64,000 bases of DNA from a virus, in the IMG/VR virus record IMGVR_UViG_3300045116_000678, positions 18,903 through 82,902 of that record. One strand, written 5' to 3'. Numbering within the stretch: the stretch's first letter is position 1; each line of letters opens with the position of its first letter. Shown in pieces: positions 1 to 9,291 of this stretch. Below the pieces are notes generated by a model. That model did not search any database. It was not told the origin of the DNA and was given only the letters and a program-made list of their open reading frames with translations. The position numbers and the translations under genes are program-made.

Positions 1-144
1 CCTCTGGAAGGGGTTGGCTCGATCGTACACCCGATTTAATTTTGTATGAAAAATATTCACAAAATAATTCGGTACCCCTTAGCCCCCCGGCAGCCTCGAG
101 TCTTGTAACCCTGCTACATTTCGTTGCAACAAACCGGAGCGAGC

Positions 145-759
145 ATGAGCACGTCGTTTGAGGACCTTGAACGCCGACCAGCGGCTGCAGTGCCCGCACC
201 GACCCTTCGCTTGGGCCGGCACGTGGTCGGGATGGCGTTCGCCGCCTTGGCCAACCCCATGCTGTACTTCGACAGCCGGCCGGTTTACCTGTGGGTCGCA
301 ACTTGGCTAGTCCCAGCGGTGGGCGCTGCATGCATCTTCGGGCTGCTCGCACTGTTCTTCACAGAGCGAGCGCGCCGATCCTGGCCCGGAAGCGCCATCA
401 TGTTGGCCTGGGTGCTGCTGGTCCTGCTACTTGTGGGCAACGGGATGAACTTCCGACAGATGCAGCAGGACGCAGCCGCGGCGCGCACGGCCGCGGGGCT
501 GAAACCTTTCACAGGGACCTTAGACACACCGCCAGCCCTAGCCGTGGCGCCACCTGCGCCTGCGGTCGACCCTGCCACTGCGGAGCACTACAAGCGCATC
601 TATGCCGCGCACCCGGACGCGAACGCTATTTCGGAGTCGCCGATGTTCCGTGCCTGGCTGGCTCGGAACTCCGATCGACAGAAAATATTCGATCAAGGAT
701 CCACCGAAGCGGTGATTGCCGTCTTCAGCGCCTACAAAGCCTCTGCCGGTCGCGATTAG
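145..759 (+). CDS. Membrane moron (about 3 TM) with C-terminal scaffolding-protein-like domain
   Basis: GGAG RBS then ATG 145; hydrophobic segments; Pro/Ala linker; HYKRIYAAHPDA..W..AVI..F..YKAS matches the scaffold ORF. Confidence 0.75.
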   Translation: MSTSFEDLERRPAAAVPAPTLRLGRHVVGMAFAALANPMLYFDSRPVYLWVATWLVPAVGAACIFGLLALFFTERARRSWPGSAIMLAWVLLVLLLVGNGMNFRQMQQDAAAARTAAGLKPFTGTLDTPPALAVAPPAPAVDPATAEHYKRIYAAHPDANAISESPMFRAWLARNSDRQKIFDQGSTEAVIAVFSAYKASAGRD

Positions 760-2708
760 GTCACGCCGGCGCGCTTTGCAGATCCGGGACCGAACTTGCT
801 TTCGAACTCCGCCGCCCGCTTCGGATTGCTCTTGAGCGAGGCGATGGCTTCAGCGTTTGGCACCGGCCACTGTTGCGGCGCCTGGTCCACTCGCTGCACG
901 TCCCCCGTCTGCTTGTTGTACCGGTAGACGCTGCCCTCGGTCGTGCTGCCGTCGGCGTTCTTCACCGCCGGCGTCACCTGCACGCCCCACTCCGACGGCG
1001 AGGACTTGCCCTGGATGGCCAGCAGCGCCGTCTGCGCGCGCGTGCGATCGGCCACCGAGGCCTTTGGGTCGAGCACCGTACGACGAAGCGACGCTTCATC
1101 CTGGGCCGCCGCGACCTGCGTGTCGCGCACCCGATTCTGGCCAGCGACCTCGTCGCGCCGGATCGCGTTGCTCTCGGCTGCGCGTCGATCCTCGGCGGCC
1201 ACGCGCTGCGTTTGCAACTGCGCCTGCTGCTGAGCGGCGATGGCATCGCGCTGGGCCTGCGTCCGGAAGCCCAGATCGGCCCGCTGCGTCTCAGCCGCCT
1301 GTCGCCCCGCTTCCATATCCGCTGCCGCTCGTGTCTGCACCGGCAGCGCCGCGGCGGCAATCGCGCCCTGGTCTGACGAGAAGCCGCGGCGAGGCGAGAA
1401 GGCGCCGCGCGCCGCGGCAGTGCGCATCGCGGCGCCGTCGAACATCGCCTGCGCAGCATCGGGCCCGGGGTTGCCGATCACCGACATGCCGCCAGGCTGG
1501 AACCCGAGTCCGCCGCCGGTGGCGCTGCGCGCCGCCAGCGTGTTCGCCGCGGCCATGTTCTGCGCGCTCACGGCGCCGCCCGGGCGAAAGCCTCGTGCCG
1601 CCTCCGGAGAATCGCCGTAGCTGTTGCCCGACCGAAACACACCGGGTGCTACTTCAGCAGCAGTTGCCGGTGCAGCGGCTGCCGGCGCTGCAGCGACGGC
1701 GGGCGTTGCGGCCGCACTCTGCGCCGGGGCGGCCATAGGAGCCGCAGCGCGGGGCGCAGCGGTCGCGGCAGCTGCAACGGCTGGTGCCGCAGCAGGCGCC
1801 GCGGTTTGCGCCGCGGCCGGGTCGAAGCCGAGGCCGAGGCCGGCACCAGAACGCTGCTGGTCCATGAACGGCGTCAGCGAGGTGGGGTCGGCGCCCGCAG
1901 GTACGAGCTTGGGCGCCAACGGCGCGGCATCGATGCCGGCGGCGCGCATGCCGCGCACGACGCTCTGGTCGTAGGCGTTCGCGGCGATACGCGCCGGGTA
2001 GGTGGTGGCATCCAGGATCCCTCGCCCCACCTTTTCGTTGAAACCCTTGGCGGTGTCCCATGCGGCGCCCACGGCCGCGCGATCGGCGCGCACCTGTGGA
2101 TCCGCATCCACGGGCGACGGTGCTGGGGCCGGTGCTGGCGCACCCATCGGTGCCGAGGCATACGGGCTGGGCGAGGGCTGCCGGTTGCCCGGGAAGGCGT
2201 TGTCCATGGTTGGGCCGGCGGCGACGCGCTGCGGCGCAGGCGCGGGGGATGGTGTGGCAATCTGCGTCGTGCCGGGCGTGCTGGCCGCTGCAGCGGCATC
2301 GCCGAAGGCGTTCGGGCGCTTGCGCTCGTCGTCGACCAGCCCGCCGTTGGCGAAGAACAGCTCCGGGTTGAAGCCCATTGGCCCGGCCACTGGCGTGTGC
2401 GTGGCGTCCTTGGCAGCATCCAGCGCCTGCACGCCGATGGCGTGGACCTGCTCCGGCGGGATCTCGAACTCGCCGTTGCTCAGGTGCACGTCGACCTTGC
2501 CTCCCTTCGGTCGAAACCCGCGCGCGCCGCCATTGCCAGCGCGCCGGAGGGCGTCATCGCCAATCTGCTCCGTGGAGTCAGCGGGCATGATGTAGCTGCC
2601 CTGCCGGACAGGCTTCTCGATGTCGTCCGATGTGCCACTGCCGGGACCGCGAACAGGGCCGCCATCGGCGTAGCGGTTCTTGGAGTGTTGAGGATGGAAC
2701 CCGAGCAT
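756..2708 (-). CDS. Internal virion / DNA ejection protein
   Basis: GAAGGA RBS before ATG 2708; YADGGPVRGPGSGTSDDI and LSNGEF motifs; Ala/Gln-rich; located after tail genes. Confidence 0.65.
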   Translation of the reverse strand: MLGFHPQHSKNRYADGGPVRGPGSGTSDDIEKPVRQGSYIMPADSTEQIGDDALRRAGNGGARGFRPKGGKVDVHLSNGEFEIPPEQVHAIGVQALDAAKDATHTPVAGPMGFNPELFFANGGLVDDERKRPNAFGDAAAAASTPGTTQIATPSPAPAPQRVAAGPTMDNAFPGNRQPSPSPYASAPMGAPAPAPAPSPVDADPQVRADRAAVGAAWDTAKGFNEKVGRGILDATTYPARIAANAYDQSVVRGMRAAGIDAAPLAPKLVPAGADPTSLTPFMDQQRSGAGLGLGFDPAAAQTAAPAAAPAVAAAATAAPRAAAPMAAPAQSAAATPAVAAAPAAAAPATAAEVAPGVFRSGNSYGDSPEAARGFRPGGAVSAQNMAAANTLAARSATGGGLGFQPGGMSVIGNPGPDAAQAMFDGAAMRTAAARGAFSPRRGFSSDQGAIAAAALPVQTRAAADMEAGRQAAETQRADLGFRTQAQRDAIAAQQQAQLQTQRVAAEDRRAAESNAIRRDEVAGQNRVRDTQVAAAQDEASLRRTVLDPKASVADRTRAQTALLAIQGKSSPSEWGVQVTPAVKNADGSTTEGSVYRYNKQTGDVQRVDQAPQQWPVPNAEAIASLKSNPKRAAEFESKFGPGSAKRAGVT

Positions 2709-2750
2709 GTTGTTTCCTTCGGCGGACGAAGTCCGCCCAGACTGAGCCCC

Positions 2751-2791
2751 ATCTTGGACTGTGGGCCTCAGGGGGGCGAACCCTAGAGGGG
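2751..2791 (-). promoter_or_regulatory. Late promoter copy 1
   Basis: CCCCTCTAGGG-N24-CAAGAT upstream of the ejection gene. Confidence 0.7.
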
Positions 2792-2793
2792 TG

Positions 2794-3819
2794 TCAGAGG
2801 CTGCTGCTGTCGTTACCGCTGATGGAAGCGCCGGCGCCAATGCCGTTCAGCGAGGCCGCCGCGGCGTCCGCAACCATCTTGGCGTGCGCGAGGGCCGCAT
2901 TCACGCGCTCGGTCAGCGTCTTGAGCTCGGCATCGAGGTTGGACCGCGAAGCGTCCAGCTTCAGCTGCGCATCGGTGATGGCAAGCCGCACTTTCGGCTC
3001 CAGCGCGGCCACCTCGGCTTGATACATCGCCGTGAGGCTGCGCGCGAGGTCGGTTTTCAGACCCACCAGGCCCGTCGCCAGCTGCATGGCAGTCTGTGGG
3101 CCCAGCACCAGCGTGCGGATGTAGTCGCCGGCGGCCGAGATGGCGCGCAGTCGAAGCTCGAGCACCTGCTGCACCGCGAACCGGGTGTTCTCCAGCTCGG
3201 CGCGGAAGGCGTTGATGGCGATGTCGCGGCTTTGCCCGGCCAGCTGGCGGCTGGCGTCGAGCCTGATGCCCTGCACGGCGCCTACCAGCGCACCAGGTGG
3301 AAGCGGGAAGCCGCGGTTGGCCCACGTGGCCATGGCCTCCGCCTCAGCCTGCGCGCTTTGCGCCAGGAAGCGGGCCTTGTCGCGCTCCCAGATCTGCCGC
3401 TCCACCTCGGCGTCGACGCCGGTGCCGCCGTCGATCGCGCGCTCCAGCCACGCCAGCGCCTTGTCCCAGAACGGCCCGGTGGGGAAGTTCTGCGACAGGA
3501 AGTCCTTGAAGCCCTGCTCGATCAGGTTCCCGATCTGCGCGTAGGCCTCGTCGTAGATCTCACGACCCTCTTCCGGGTCGGTGAGCGGCAGGTCGGGCTT
3601 CTCGGGCGGCAGATAGGAGGTATCCAGCACCGGCCCGGTGAGCTGCGGGGCATCCTCGGCCTCGGCCGCCGCGGCGTTGATGGCCGCGATCGCGTTGGTG
3701 AACCAGTTTTGCGCGTTCTCCCACTTGGCGTTGATGATGTAGGCGACGGTCGTTGGCGCTCCGACCCCGCCGCCTGGCTCGGGTACGGGGACGATGCCGC
3801 CAGGGGGTACGGTTGCCAT
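2794..3819 (-). CDS. Virion structural protein (helical)
   Basis: 341-aa ORF with GGAG RBS in tail operon. Confidence 0.65.
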   Translation of the reverse strand: MATVPPGGIVPVPEPGGGVGAPTTVAYIINAKWENAQNWFTNAIAAINAAAAEAEDAPQLTGPVLDTSYLPPEKPDLPLTDPEEGREIYDEAYAQIGNLIEQGFKDFLSQNFPTGPFWDKALAWLERAIDGGTGVDAEVERQIWERDKARFLAQSAQAEAEAMATWANRGFPLPPGALVGAVQGIRLDASRQLAGQSRDIAINAFRAELENTRFAVQQVLELRLRAISAAGDYIRTLVLGPQTAMQLATGLVGLKTDLARSLTAMYQAEVAALEPKVRLAITDAQLKLDASRSNLDAELKTLTERVNAALAHAKMVADAAAASLNGIGAGASISGNDSSSL

Positions 3820-3820
3820 G

Positions 3821-5296
3821 TCAAATTCTCCGGGTCAGGGCGAGCGGCAGGAAGTCGAGGCTGTCCACCTCGAATCGTGCGCCGTGTTCGTTGCTCAGTT
3901 GCAGGGTGGCGTAGTTGGGCCGCAGGCCCTTGCCGAGGGTGATGCGCTGCTGCGCCATGTGCTCGCTGTAGCTGCGCGTGCGGTAGGTGTACGCCCGGCC
4001 CTCGCAGAGGATCCGCAGCAGCATGTGACCGGAGCCGGACACGCCCAGATAGGCCTGCCCCACCGTCATCTTGTTGCCCTTGGCGAGCGCGCGCTCTCCG
4101 AGGTCGACCACTGCGCGGATCTCCGCGCCGGCGTCCGTGTCGCCGCCCAGTTCGTGCAGGCCGGCCGTCGACGCGCCGAAGTAGCGCCCGCCGATGTTCG
4201 CCATGCTGGCAAACGGGAAGCGCGCGTAGGTGGTCGAGCCGAAGCCGTCGAGGTTCACCGCCCAGGCATCGCCGCCAGCGCCATCGCCTTCACCGGCGCC
4301 CCAGTCCGGATCGTCTTCGTGACCTTCGCCCGGATCGGTGCCTACCGCTGCCCTGGGCTCGATCGTGAACTCGAGGTCCAGATCCAGCAGCATGCGTGTG
4401 AAGGTTTCCAGCTGCGGGATGAGGCTGAAGTCGAGGTCGAGGTCCAGCCGCAGGCCCGGGTCCAGCGCGAGCGTGAAGTCCAGGTCCAGGTCGAGCGTCA
4501 GCGACTCCAGCAGCATCGGGCCGCCGTCCGGGTTTTCAGGTGCCGGCGGCACGGTGTTCTGCGTGAGCACCGGGTCGAACACCTCGTCGTCGGCCGAGTA
4601 GAGCGAGGCCTCCAGCCACAGCGCGGCCGGCAGGCTCGCGATGGTGGCCGTGTGCACGGTCGCGCCGTCCATCTTCCACGTGACGACGTCGCCCGTGCGC
4701 TCGATGCGGAACACGGTCGCATCGGTGTAGGGGCCGCCCGGCGCCACATAGGAGCCGCTGCGGTAGACGCGAGCGGTACCGGCCTGGCAGAGGAATGCCA
4801 CGTCGACGTTGTTCGCCGGGTAGAGGCCCGCGCCAGCGTCCGGCGCGTTCATGCCGACCATGGCGCCGGCATTGCTCGCCCTGGCCTTGAACTCGGCCAC
4901 GAAGTCGCCCACCACCACGGCCGAAGACCGTGCGCCGGCGTTCCAGCCGAGGTTGCGACCGGGCACCGCCACCGTCTGCACGATCGTGCGTGGCGGGATG
5001 GCAGGGGTGGGCGGCACCGGAGGCACCCACACGCTGTAGGTCTCGGTGCTGCACACCCACGTGCTCGTGGCGCCGCCGCCGCCATCGGGCACCCAGACCT
5101 GCCGAGTCCTGGGGCCGAGGGGCGTTTCCTCCGTCACCGCGACATAGCGGCCGGAGGTGTTGTACCGCAGGCCGCACACCTGCTGCGTGCGTGTCTCGTA
5201 GTGGCCGGCGACGCCCGGCGAGCCCGGGACGCCCGGGTCCGCCACGGTCTGCGTGACGAGCTCGAGGACCGGTTTCTTGAAGAGGCTGTTAGTCAT
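3821..5296 (-). CDS. Tail-associated virion protein
   Basis: 491-aa beta-rich ORF coupled to neighbours. Confidence 0.6.
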   Translation of the reverse strand: MTNSLFKKPVLELVTQTVADPGVPGSPGVAGHYETRTQQVCGLRYNTSGRYVAVTEETPLGPRTRQVWVPDGGGGATSTWVCSTETYSVWVPPVPPTPAIPPRTIVQTVAVPGRNLGWNAGARSSAVVVGDFVAEFKARASNAGAMVGMNAPDAGAGLYPANNVDVAFLCQAGTARVYRSGSYVAPGGPYTDATVFRIERTGDVVTWKMDGATVHTATIASLPAALWLEASLYSADDEVFDPVLTQNTVPPAPENPDGGPMLLESLTLDLDLDFTLALDPGLRLDLDLDFSLIPQLETFTRMLLDLDLEFTIEPRAAVGTDPGEGHEDDPDWGAGEGDGAGGDAWAVNLDGFGSTTYARFPFASMANIGGRYFGASTAGLHELGGDTDAGAEIRAVVDLGERALAKGNKMTVGQAYLGVSGSGHMLLRILCEGRAYTYRTRSYSEHMAQQRITLGKGLRPNYATLQLSNEHGARFEVDSLDFLPLALTRRI

Positions 5297-7025
5297 GGGC
5301 GATCCTGCAATCGGTCAGCCAGGGCGTGGCGGGATAGGCCGACTGCAGCACGCCGTTGAGCTCTACAGCGGCCAGCTCGGCGAGGTGCGCCGGCAGGTGC
5401 CCCGGAGGCTGCTCCATCAGGTCGTCGCCTATGACGCCCCACTCCTCCCAGGTCTCGCCCTTGTCGATCGAGCGCCAGAGGGTCGCGGTGTTCTCGTCGT
5501 AGACCGTCACGGCCAGGGTGCGCGGCGAGATGGCCATGATCGGCCCGCACCGGAATTCGGGGGCCGGCAGCGTGCCGCGCAGCGTCAGCGTGGCGCCGTC
5601 GGTGGTGCTGTAGATGGTCGCCGGCGTGTTGTAGGCGTCGGTGGCGCTGCGCCGCACCAGCAGCACCTCGCCCTCCAGCGCCAGCAGCTGCTTGATGAGG
5701 ACGGCGCCGAAGTAGGTGCTGGTGCCTTCGTCCAGCGTCGACGTGGCGCTCATCACCCCGTCCGTGCCCACCGTGCCGAGCTTCACGCGCCAGCGCCAGG
5801 TCGTGGCCGACGTCGGGTACGGCACTTCGACCAGCACCACCGACAGCGCGCGCGACAGCGGCGCGGCCCACACGTTGACCGGCTGCAGCTTCGGGTCGTA
5901 GCTCAGGAACACGACGTCATCCTGGTCCAGCGCATGGTGGCTCACCGCGTAGTAGCTGTAGTCGGTGAGCGTCGACTCCAGGTCGGCCAGCTCGGCCGCC
6001 ATGATCGGTGCCCCCACCGCGGCCCAGGTCGCGCCGCCATCGGTGCTCTGCGAGACGATGGCCATGGGCTTCTTGGGCATGTCCTCCCACCCGGCCATGT
6101 CCGGGTCGATCGGCTCGTCGTCGCCGTGGTCCGTGTTGGGCACGAACTTCAGCGGGTAGAGGAACGTGTCCAGCTTCAGGATCCGCCCGGGCGCGAGCGT
6201 GCACAGCGTGGTGCCCAGCGGGTAGCTGTCCTCCACGACCACCGGCGCGCCGTCCGAGGTCTCCCACTCCGGCGGCATGCTGCCGGGCACGTAGCGGATG
6301 CAGGTGAAGGCATTGACGGCCTGGTCGCCGTCCATCTTCAGGTGCGAGACGCCCGCATACCAGCGCGGCGCGCCGCCGTCGTCCAGGTAGCCGGGCGGCA
6401 GCACGCGCACCGCGCCGCGCTTGTTGCTCACGGGCTCCTGGATGTAGTGGTCCACATACTCGGGCACGGTCGGCTCGGTGTCGTAGTGGATGAAGGACGG
6501 CCGCACGTTCTCGATGTCCAGCACCTGGTAGCCGAAGGAGCCGTTGGTGCCGTTGCGCGTCACGGCAATCGCCACCTTGTCGAGCCACCAGCGCAGCGCA
6601 TAGGCATCGGTGAAATTGATCGACAGGCCCTCGGGCGTGTAGCCCACGAAGTCGTTCACCTCGTCGCCGTAGGTCAGCGCATAGGCGATGCCACCCGTGC
6701 TGCTGGCCAGAAACTGCCGCGCGTCATCTTGCGTCGACGCTGGGCCGGCCGGGCCGACCTTGAACCATCGGCGGCCGTCCACAGAGCCAAAGACCCACTC
6801 TTCGCCGGTGGTGAGGTAGCCCAGCAGGTACAGGCGCGTCAGGCGCTCCTGCTTGCGGCGCACGTTCACGAAGAGGCCGTCGCGCGACACCTCCCACACC
6901 TGGTCCGGTGTGCGCTTCTTCTGCCAGTCGCCGCCTGGGCTGCGGTGCATGAAGGCGGCATAGCCGGCGGCCTCGCCACTGCAGAAGCCCTCGCGATAGC
7001 GCGTGGGGAAACTCGGCTCGGCCAT
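5289..7025 (-). CDS. Tail protein with BNR/Asp-box repeats (beta-propeller, possible receptor binding)
   Basis: Start MAEPSF in TGATG overlap; motifs SVDGRRW, STDGGATW, STTDGAT, SIDKGETW. Confidence 0.65.
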   Translation of the reverse strand: MAEPSFPTRYREGFCSGEAAGYAAFMHRSPGGDWQKKRTPDQVWEVSRDGLFVNVRRKQERLTRLYLLGYLTTGEEWVFGSVDGRRWFKVGPAGPASTQDDARQFLASSTGGIAYALTYGDEVNDFVGYTPEGLSINFTDAYALRWWLDKVAIAVTRNGTNGSFGYQVLDIENVRPSFIHYDTEPTVPEYVDHYIQEPVSNKRGAVRVLPPGYLDDGGAPRWYAGVSHLKMDGDQAVNAFTCIRYVPGSMPPEWETSDGAPVVVEDSYPLGTTLCTLAPGRILKLDTFLYPLKFVPNTDHGDDEPIDPDMAGWEDMPKKPMAIVSQSTDGGATWAAVGAPIMAAELADLESTLTDYSYYAVSHHALDQDDVVFLSYDPKLQPVNVWAAPLSRALSVVLVEVPYPTSATTWRWRVKLGTVGTDGVMSATSTLDEGTSTYFGAVLIKQLLALEGEVLLVRRSATDAYNTPATIYSTTDGATLTLRGTLPAPEFRCGPIMAISPRTLAVTVYDENTATLWRSIDKGETWEEWGVIGDDLMEQPPGHLPAHLAELAAVELNGVLQSAYPATPWLTDCRIAHD

Positions 7026-7603
7026 CAGACCACCTCGCGCGCGTCCCTGAACGCGGTCCAGAAGGGCTGCGGCACTGCGCCGGGCACGACGTCGAGGCTG
7101 AGCAACAGATTGCTGGTGATGGACGTGTCTACGAGGTTCTGGATGCGCAGCTCCAGCGTCACGGCCACCTCCGTGGCGCCGGTGTAGTCGGGAGCCGCGG
7201 CCGTGCCCGAAGCGATGGTCGTGCCATTCCGCTTCTTGGTGAAGGCCCCTGTGAAGAGGTCCATTTCGAAGAGAAGGTGCCCATCGGCCCCGAAACCGAA
7301 GGGGTCGATGTCGATCTGGTATTCCCATCCCGTGCTCAACACCACCTTGGCCTGGATGTAGTCCTGCGGCGAACCGCCGATGCTTGCCACATCCATTTCC
7401 AGCACGAACGCGCCCGGCGGAGACGGAACCGTCGCCGTGAAGTAGCACATCGACGGCGAGTTGAATGTGCTGTTGTAGAGGCCGCTCGCGCCGCGCTTGA
7501 GGCTGCTCGATCCTGCCCAGTTCGTGGCGGGCGCACCGGCGGACCCCAGCGCGGTGCCGGCCAGGGCCTGCCCGCTGCCGGTGAGTGCGTCGGTGAAATC
7601 CAT
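7025..7603 (-). CDS. Tail-associated protein
   Basis: 192-aa ORF in tail operon. Confidence 0.6.
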   Translation of the reverse strand: MDFTDALTGSGQALAGTALGSAGAPATNWAGSSSLKRGASGLYNSTFNSPSMCYFTATVPSPPGAFVLEMDVASIGGSPQDYIQAKVVLSTGWEYQIDIDPFGFGADGHLLFEMDLFTGAFTKKRNGTTIASGTAAAPDYTGATEVAVTLELRIQNLVDTSITSNLLLSLDVVPGAVPQPFWTAFRDAREVV

Positions 7604-7607
7604 GGGC

Positions 7608-8018
7608 TTAGGCTTCGTTCACCAGGTTGAACACCTGAGCCGCGTACAGGCCCATGCTCTCGCCGGCCTCCACAGTGCGCGGGTTCGGGAAGCGCACCGC
7701 CACCATGTTCTTGCCGCCGGTGCCGGCCTTCACGTTGCTGCTGATGAGGAACGCACCGTAGAGTGTCTTGTTGGCCGTGAACGTCCAGGTGGACAGGCCT
7801 GCAGCGTTGTCCTGGGCGCCGCCGGCGGGCGCCCCGAAGACTGCCTGCGGCCGGTTGGCCTGCGAAAAGCTCGTGCACTCGGTGGCCAGCGCGGCAATGT
7901 TGGCCGCGGTCTCGGCACCATTGGGCGTGTAGTCGCCCTCGAACAGGCCGATGTACCAGCTTTGGCCGAGGAAGACGGTCTGCAGGATGTGGTTGGCGCC
8001 TTCGATGCTGGGCTTCAT
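7608..8018 (-). CDS. Small tail/fibre-associated protein
   Basis: GGAG RBS; MKPSIEG...WYIGLF motif typical of small phage tail proteins. Confidence 0.6.
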   Translation of the reverse strand: MKPSIEGANHILQTVFLGQSWYIGLFEGDYTPNGAETAANIAALATECTSFSQANRPQAVFGAPAGGAQDNAAGLSTWTFTANKTLYGAFLISSNVKAGTGGKNMVAVRFPNPRTVEAGESMGLYAAQVFNLVNEA

Positions 8019-8020
8019 GG

Positions 8021-9238
8021 TCAGTTCTCCGTGATGAGCGGCCGGCGGCGCGCTTGGGTGGTCAAGGGCTGCACGCCCTGGCGGGTGTAGATGACGTGGG
8101 ACATGCCATCCCAGTCGCGAAAGAGGCACGCAGCGCGCGCCGCGTCGGCGAAGCGCACGGCGTCGTCTTGCACCGCCGTGGCGGTGCCGTCGCTGGCCCC
8201 GATCACCAGGCCCTTTGGCGACACCCAACAGACCTGCGTTTCGTCCGGGCTGCGCGCGCCGGATCCGGCCACGCCACCGAAGGGCAGGACGGGTACCGCC
8301 TGCGTGCCCATCAGGTCGCCCGCGAGCCAGTAGGTCTGGTCGGCGCACACGAACACGCCTCCGACGCACGGCTCCATGACGGTGATCGGGCCCGGCAGCG
8401 GGATGAAGCTCTGCGCAGGGTTGTAGAGCCCGTACCGGTACGGCTCGCTGAACAGCAGCGTGTTGCCGCGCGCCACCAGCATGCGGCCGTTGTAGTGCCG
8501 CACGATCTGGCCGGCCGGCAGCGGCTGCAGGAGCAGCGTCTCGCACCGTGGGCCCGCGCCTAGGCTGTCGACCGCGAGAGCGTTGCCGATCGGCTCCACG
8601 CGCGTGAGCACGTCGCCGTTCGGGCCGCTGGCGTAGGTCAGCGTGTCGGCCTGCAGGCCGGTGATGAAGAAGCCGCCGGCCTCGGGCAACACGACGCGCT
8701 GCACCGGTGTGGCGGCGCTTTCGGGATCCTGCGTCAGGCGCGTGAACGCGAACAGGTACTGGCCGGCTGCCATCGTGCCCTCGCCAGGGCGCGCGGAGAC
8801 GTTGGGTACCGGATTGGGCGCGGGTGCAGCCGGCATGCGGTCCTGGCCAGCGCTGATGCGACCGAGCGTCACGCCATCGGTCCAGTAGATGTCGCCCGTG
8901 GGCGCGCGCTCGAAAGACACCGGCTGGCCGCTCATGCCGTAGCGTACGACGGTGCGCTGCAGCGCCGCGCCTGATGTGCGCAGCTGCTCCAGATTGCCGT
9001 CGACCACAGCGTAGCCGTCCGGCTCGCCGTCACCCCAGACCGAGTGCGCCGGCGGCGTCAGGGGCGTGCTGTAGCCCTCCCGCAGACGAAAGAACCCGCC
9101 ATGGATGTCGATGTTCTCGCCGATGCGCAGGTAGGTGGCGCTGACGCGACCCTGCAGCGTGACGCCCAGCCGCGTCGCGTCAAGGCGATTGTTGACGCCA
9201 AGGAAGGTGCCGAGCGACAGGAGGGGTTTAGTAGCCAC
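8021..9238 (-). CDS. Tail nozzle/stabilisation-like protein
   Basis: 405-aa beta-rich; FLGVNN..ENIDI N-terminus; LLFSEP motif; follows adaptor gene. Confidence 0.6.
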   Translation of the reverse strand: MATKPLLSLGTFLGVNNRLDATRLGVTLQGRVSATYLRIGENIDIHGGFFRLREGYSTPLTPPAHSVWGDGEPDGYAVVDGNLEQLRTSGAALQRTVVRYGMSGQPVSFERAPTGDIYWTDGVTLGRISAGQDRMPAAPAPNPVPNVSARPGEGTMAAGQYLFAFTRLTQDPESAATPVQRVVLPEAGGFFITGLQADTLTYASGPNGDVLTRVEPIGNALAVDSLGAGPRCETLLLQPLPAGQIVRHYNGRMLVARGNTLLFSEPYRYGLYNPAQSFIPLPGPITVMEPCVGGVFVCADQTYWLAGDLMGTQAVPVLPFGGVAGSGARSPDETQVCWVSPKGLVIGASDGTATAVQDDAVRFADAARAACLFRDWDGMSHVIYTRQGVQPLTTQARRRPLITEN

Positions 9239-9245
9239 GGCGCCG

Positions 9246-9286
9246 AGTCTCCTGAGCGAACCGCGCGACGTCGAACCCTAGAGGGG
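9246..9286 (-). promoter_or_regulatory. Late promoter copy 2
   Basis: CCCCTCTAGGG-N24-GAGACT, 7 nt before the GTG at 9238. Confidence 0.7.
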
Positions 9287-9291
9287 TTGGA

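Noticed and set aside
1-17. CCAACCCCTTCCAGAGG (minus) as an eighth late box
   Set aside because: Core mismatched, and the N24/-10 region is outside the window
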